In this document: positions 27,941 to 32,000 of the stretch, one piece after another
Layout of the letters: every line of letters begins with the position of its first letter
Position numbering within the stretch: position 1 is the stretch's first letter
From: Trichodesmium erythraeum IMS101
GTDB taxonomy: Bacteria; Cyanobacteriota; Cyanobacteriia; Cyanobacteriales; Microcoleaceae
DNA length: 32,000 nt
Assembly (NCBI RefSeq): GCF_000014265.1
Contig: NC_008312.1
Coordinates: forward strand, 990,001-1,022,000
Reading direction: 5' to 3'
The notes under the pieces: model-generated
What the model saw: the letters and a program-made list of their open reading frames with translations, nothing else
Told to the model about the DNA's origin: nothing
The model's database searches: none
Translations under genes and position numbers: made by a program

Positions 27941-28180
27941 ATGATGCAAAACACTCAAAATAAAGAGCTATTTTCTGATATTTCGACTGAAAACTCTGCC
28001 ACTATTAATGGTGGTCATGGTTGTGTTTGTCATAACTATAGATCCAGTCGCATTGTAAATTATGGCTATGGTCGTGGCGACTATTATTATGTTCATTATA
28101 ATCGTCCTATACGTTATGGCTATCGTCCTAGTGGTTATCGCTACAGTTATGTTAACTATTCTGATAGAGGATGTTACTAA
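27941..28180 (+). CDS. Double-glycine-leader precursor peptide 4 (Tyr/Arg/Gly-rich core with three Cys)
   Basis: Leader MMQNTQNKELFSDISTENSATINGG. AAGGA lies 7 nt upstream of ATG 27941; the track start 27914 adds unconserved residues. 54-aa core HGCVCHNYRSSRIVNYGYGRGDYYYVHYNRPIRYGYRPSGYRYSYVNYSDRGCY (14 Tyr). Confidence 0.8.
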   Translation: MMQNTQNKELFSDISTENSATINGGHGCVCHNYRSSRIVNYGYGRGDYYYVHYNRPIRYGYRPSGYRYSYVNYSDRGCY

Positions 28181-28230
28181 AAGCGATATTATGGTGAGAT
28201 TATAACTTTAATTAGTATTTCATTAAACTC

Positions 28231-28267
28231 GGCACCTGTAGATTTATAGGTGTCTTTTTCTGATTTT
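28231..28267 (+). terminator. Candidate intrinsic terminator/attenuator between the precursor genes and the exporter gene
   Basis: Stem ggcacctgta / tataggtgtc (8-10 bp including G-U pairs), GATT loop, followed by tctttttctgatttt. Confidence 0.5.
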
Positions 28268-28347
28268 ATTGTTTGTTAATAGAAAGAATTATTTGGTATA
28301 TCAAAATTAATCAGTATAGTTATTTTTAAATTAAAAATTAAGTTATT

Positions 28348-30558
28348 ATGTTAGACATTGTACCAATACCAATATTACCAAAAGCATCTACTGAACGTAA
28401 AATAAATAACTTTAATAAATATCCAATAATTCTTCAACAAAGTGAGGAAGATTGTGGAGCTGCTTGTTTAGCTTCTATTGCTAAATATCATGGTCGTATT
28501 TTAACAATTAATCGGATTAGAGAAATAATAGGTACTAATCAACAAGGAACTACATTATTAGGTTTAAAACAAGGTGCAGATACTATCGGTTTTAATGCTA
28601 GGTCTGTGAAAGCTAATCCAGAAATTTTAAATCAAATTGACCGTGCTCCTTTACCAGCAATTATTCATTGGCAAGGTAATCATTGGGTAGTTTTATATGG
28701 CAAACAAAGTGATAAATATGTAATTGCTGATCCTGCTATTGGGATTCGTTTTTTGTCAGAAAAAGAATTAGCTGAAGCTTGGGAAGATTGGATTTGTTTA
28801 TTAACAGAACCTGACCCAAAACGTTTTTTTTCTGAGGCTGATGAAAAAGTTAGCAATATTAGCAGATTACTCAGACGAGTTTGGTATTATCGCCAAATTA
28901 TTGTTCAGGTATTTTTGTTGAATATTGTCTTAGGTTTACTTTCTATTGCTTCTCCTTTCTTGGTGCAAATTTTAACTGATGATGTTCTAGTTCGGGGTGA
29001 TTTTCAGTTACTTACTAGTGTAGTAATTGCTGTAATTATCATGAATATTTTTAGTAGTTGTCTGGAGTTAGTTCAATCCAATATGATTTCCCATTTTGCC
29101 CAACGTTTAGAGTTAGGAATAGTAATGGAATTTTGCAGACAAATTTTACGTTTGCCATTAAATTATTATGAGACACGACGTAGTGGTGAAATTATTAGTA
29201 GACTGACAGATATTAAAGAGATTAATCAATTATTTTCTCAAGTAATTGTGAGTTTACCTAGCCAATTTTTTATTGCTTTAGTCTCTTTAATTTTTATGTG
29301 TATCTATAGTTTTTCTCTGACTATAGTTGCTATTTTTATGGCAGTAGTTATGACATTATCAACTATTGCTTTGTTACCGATATTACAGCAAAAAACTAAA
29401 AATTTATTGGCTTTAGAAGCAGAAACTCAGGGTGTCTTAGTAGAAACTTTTAAGGGGGCAATGACTCTTAAAACTACCTCTAGTTCTCCTCAGTTTTGGG
29501 AAGAATATCAAGGTAGGTTTGGCAAGTTAGCTAATTTGAGTCTTAGAACTACTCAGATTGGGATTGTAAATGATGTATTTTCAGGTTTAATTAGTAATAT
29601 TGGTAATATTTTTATGTTGTGGTTTGGCAGTAATTTAGTTATCGCTGAACAATTAAGTATTGGTCAGTTATTAGCTTTTATTGCTATGAATCAATATGTA
29701 TCAAGCTTGGTGAGTACATTGGTAGGATTGATGGATGAATTAACAAAAGTTCAGACTGCTACTAGGCGACTTTCAGAAGTCATTAATTATCTTCCAGAAA
29801 CGGATGGAAAGCATCAAAAACCGGAGGCTAAAATTAAGGATAATGATGATATTATTTGCTCTAATATTAGCTTTCACTATGCTGGTAGAATAGATCTATT
29901 AGAAAACTTTTCTGTGAGGTTTCCTGGTAGCAAGTCTATTGCTTTAATTGGTGAATCTGGCTGCGGTAAAAGTACAATTGCTAAATTAATTGCTGGTTTA
30001 TATCCAGTCAAATCTGGTAATGTTCAAATTGGCATTTATAATTTGCAGGATTTAGATATAAATTCTCTGAGAAAGCAAGTTGTATTAGTACCTCAAGATG
30101 CTCATTTTTGGAGTCGTTCAATTATTGAAAATTTTTATTTAGCAGCTCCGGGAGTAACATTTGAAAAAATTGTTAAAGCTTGTCAAATTTCTGGTGCTGA
30201 TGAATTTATTAGTTGTTTGCCTAATAAATATCAAACAGTTTTAGGAGAATTTGGAGCCAATATTTCTGGGGGTCAAAGGCAGCGTTTGGCAATAGCTAGA
30301 GGTATTGTTAATGAGCCACCTGTATTAATTTTGGATGAGTCAACTTCTGGTTTAGATCCGATAGCTGAGTCTGAAGTTTTGGAGAGATTATTGTCTTATC
30401 GTCGGGGTAAAACTACTATTTTTATTAGTCATAGACCTAGGGTAATTAGTAGGGCTGATTGGATTATTTTATTAAATCGTGGCCAGCTAGAATTGCAAGG
30501 TTCTCCGGCATCTTTACGGGCAAAACATGGTAATCATTTAGATTTTTTGAATCCTTAA
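28348..30558 (+). CDS. Peptidase C39 domain-containing ABC transporter (double-glycine leader-cleaving peptide exporter)
   Basis: 736-aa ORF. C39 domain with catalytic Cys in QQSEEDCGAACLASIAKYHG and His in GNHWVVLYG. Six-helix TMD. Walker A GESGCGKST, signature ISGGQRQRLAIARG, Walker B VLILDESTSGLD, H-loop ISHR. Confidence 0.92.
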   Translation: MLDIVPIPILPKASTERKINNFNKYPIILQQSEEDCGAACLASIAKYHGRILTINRIREIIGTNQQGTTLLGLKQGADTIGFNARSVKANPEILNQIDRAPLPAIIHWQGNHWVVLYGKQSDKYVIADPAIGIRFLSEKELAEAWEDWICLLTEPDPKRFFSEADEKVSNISRLLRRVWYYRQIIVQVFLLNIVLGLLSIASPFLVQILTDDVLVRGDFQLLTSVVIAVIIMNIFSSCLELVQSNMISHFAQRLELGIVMEFCRQILRLPLNYYETRRSGEIISRLTDIKEINQLFSQVIVSLPSQFFIALVSLIFMCIYSFSLTIVAIFMAVVMTLSTIALLPILQQKTKNLLALEAETQGVLVETFKGAMTLKTTSSSPQFWEEYQGRFGKLANLSLRTTQIGIVNDVFSGLISNIGNIFMLWFGSNLVIAEQLSIGQLLAFIAMNQYVSSLVSTLVGLMDELTKVQTATRRLSEVINYLPETDGKHQKPEAKIKDNDDIICSNISFHYAGRIDLLENFSVRFPGSKSIALIGESGCGKSTIAKLIAGLYPVKSGNVQIGIYNLQDLDINSLRKQVVLVPQDAHFWSRSIIENFYLAAPGVTFEKIVKACQISGADEFISCLPNKYQTVLGEFGANISGGQRQRLAIARGIVNEPPVLILDESTSGLDPIAESEVLERLLSYRRGKTTIFISHRPRVISRADWIILLNRGQLELQGSPASLRAKHGNHLDFLNP

Positions 30559-30820
30559 AACAGATAAGTAGGAGATTAAATAGGAAGGTTTTATATGACG
30601 TTCATAGGTTATAGCAAACATAAGAAGAATTCAAACTAATTATCTAATAATTATCAAAAACTTAAAAAAAGACTGTGTTAATTGCTTAAAAATTTAAGTA
30701 TCACCTCAATATAGTATTACTTTTGGTTATTGCTATAAAATTGTTACAGATTTAGTCTTTTGTTGCCACCTCAAGAGTGAAGTGTTAAAATTTAGTCTGT
30801 TGTCAATAAATTCAATAATA

Positions 30821-32000
30821 ATGACTATAGCTAATCCTATTAAAAAGGTTAACCAACTACTTCGGGAAAGAAAATTTGATGATGCTTTTAAAGAGTGCCA
30901 AAAATCTATAGAAGTAAACCCTAATTTTTCCTGGAATTATTACTATTTAGGAAAAATATTAGCTGCACAAAATAAATGGCAAGAAGCACTTATCCAATAT
31001 GAAGAGGCAGTTAAAATCAATCCTAACTCTGCAACTTTTTACTATAGCTTGGCTAAAACTTTAAGACATCAAGGTCAATTAGATGAAGCAATTAAATATC
31101 TAAAAATAGCTATTTCTCTAAAAAATAATGTGATTATTTATCAACAAACTCTAGCTGAAGTTTATGAAGTTAAGTTTGATTTTGTGGGCGCATTTAAAAT
31201 TTGGCAAGAAATTATTGCTATTAATTATAATCATCCTGTAGCAACAAAAAAAATTCATTGGTTACGAACAGATATTGTTAGAGATTTTGTCGAGAATGGG
31301 GATAAGTTAAATAAGGAAGGAAAAATCAAGGAGGCTGTTAATTTTTACCAGCAAGCATTAACTATAAATTCCCAACAGCCTATGCCTATTTATCGTAATT
31401 TTGGGAATAATTTAATTACTTTAGGTAAATTTGAGGAAGCAGAAACGGTATTTAAGCAATTAAAAGAAATGTATCCAGAGCTAACAGATGGTTATGAGGG
31501 TTATGCAAGGTTAACTCATAGTTTAGGGAATTGGGAGTTGGCATTAAAGCGTTGGGAAAATGCTATAGAAAAGTTTCCAGAAAATATCGGTTTTCAAACT
31601 CAGAAAGGCAATATGTTGATAAATTTGTCTCGGTTTGATGAGGCAGAATCAGTTTTTCAAAGTTTAAAAGAAAAGTTTCCTCATCAACCTCAAGGTTACG
31701 ATGGTTATGCCAGATTAACTCATAGTTTTGCTGATTGGAACTTGGCTTTGAAGCGTTGGGAAAATGCTATAGAAAAGTTTCCAGAACATATCGGTTTTCA
31801 AACTCAGAAAGGCAATATATTAATAAATTTATCTCGGTTTGATGAAGCAGAATCAGTTTTTCAAAGGTTAATAGAAAAGTTTCCTCATCAACCTCAAGGT
31901 TACGATGGTTATGCCAAATTAACTTATCGTTTTGCTGATTGGAACTTGGCTTTGAAGCGTTGGGAAAATGCCATAGAAAAGTTTCCAGAAAATATCGGTT
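30821..32000 (+). CDS. TPR-repeat protein (5' partial; runs off the window end)
   Basis: Open frame from ATG 30821 to the window edge; it is absent from the ORF track because no stop is reached. TPR-like 34-aa units, e.g. NYYYLGKILAAQNKWQEALIQYEEAVKINPN and FYYSLAKTLRHQGQLDEAIKYLKIAISL. Confidence 0.8.
   Translation, partial: MTIANPIKKVNQLLRERKFDDAFKECQKSIEVNPNFSWNYYYLGKILAAQNKWQEALIQYEEAVKINPNSATFYYSLAKTLRHQGQLDEAIKYLKIAISLKNNVIIYQQTLAEVYEVKFDFVGAFKIWQEIIAINYNHPVATKKIHWLRTDIVRDFVENGDKLNKEGKIKEAVNFYQQALTINSQQPMPIYRNFGNNLITLGKFEEAETVFKQLKEMYPELTDGYEGYARLTHSLGNWELALKRWENAIEKFPENIGFQTQKGNMLINLSRFDEAESVFQSLKEKFPHQPQGYDGYARLTHSFADWNLALKRWENAIEKFPEHIGFQTQKGNILINLSRFDEAESVFQRLIEKFPHQPQGYDGYAKLTYRFADWNLALKRWENAIEKFPENIG
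31547..32000 (+). repeat. Near-identical 204-nt (68-aa, two-TPR) tandem repeat inside the TPR gene
   Basis: aagcgttgggaaaatgc(t/c)atagaaaagtttccagaa recurs at 31547, 31751 and 31955 with a period of exactly 204 nt. A more diverged unit precedes it from about 31340. Confidence 0.85.

Noticed and set aside
1-32000. Scan for CRISPR arrays, tRNA, rRNA, tmRNA and riboswitch-like elements
   Set aside because: I saw no regularly spaced direct repeats with unique spacers, no GGTTCGAATCC-type T-arm with a cloverleaf context and no rRNA-like conserved blocks. Structured ncRNAs cannot be excluded without covariance-model searches.

Overview
This window is AT-rich (roughly one-third G+C by eye), gene-sparse cyanobacterial DNA. 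The taxon call is an inference from nine copies of the HIP1 palindrome GCGATCGC and STRR-like heptamer repeats, and it looks like a pseudogene-laden filamentous cyanobacterium. Apart from hlyD and one small ORF, the intact genes lie on the + strand: a membrane-anchored repeat protein with a YYSPAP tail, a REC plus DUF3685-like regulator, a Cas4-like PD-(D/E)XK nuclease, a REC-first hybrid histidine kinase, recJ, a Zn-ribbon/pseudokinase/PP2C phosphatase and an FHA-Ser/Thr kinase. They are separated by long non-coding stretches that are largely decayed mobile DNA. These include an IS630 copy with a frameshift and a premature stop, IS5/IS1182-like, IS1-like and reverse-transcriptase-like remnants, and MITE-like and dispersed repeats. 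The standout locus is 22.7-30.6 kb. It holds a divergent HlyD-family adaptor, four paralogous small ORFs and a C39-peptidase ABC exporter. The four ORFs share a conserved double-glycine leader (MQ..Q..LF....EES.TINGG), and their hypervariable cores are 26-37% tyrosine and rich in Arg/Ser/His/Gly. No modification enzyme is visible in the window. An ATCCGGAT palindrome sits about 100 nt upstream of three of the four precursor genes. A hairpin terminator separates the precursors from the exporter. A TPR protein with near-identical 204-nt tandem repeats follows and runs off the window. I saw no rRNA, tRNA or CRISPR array.
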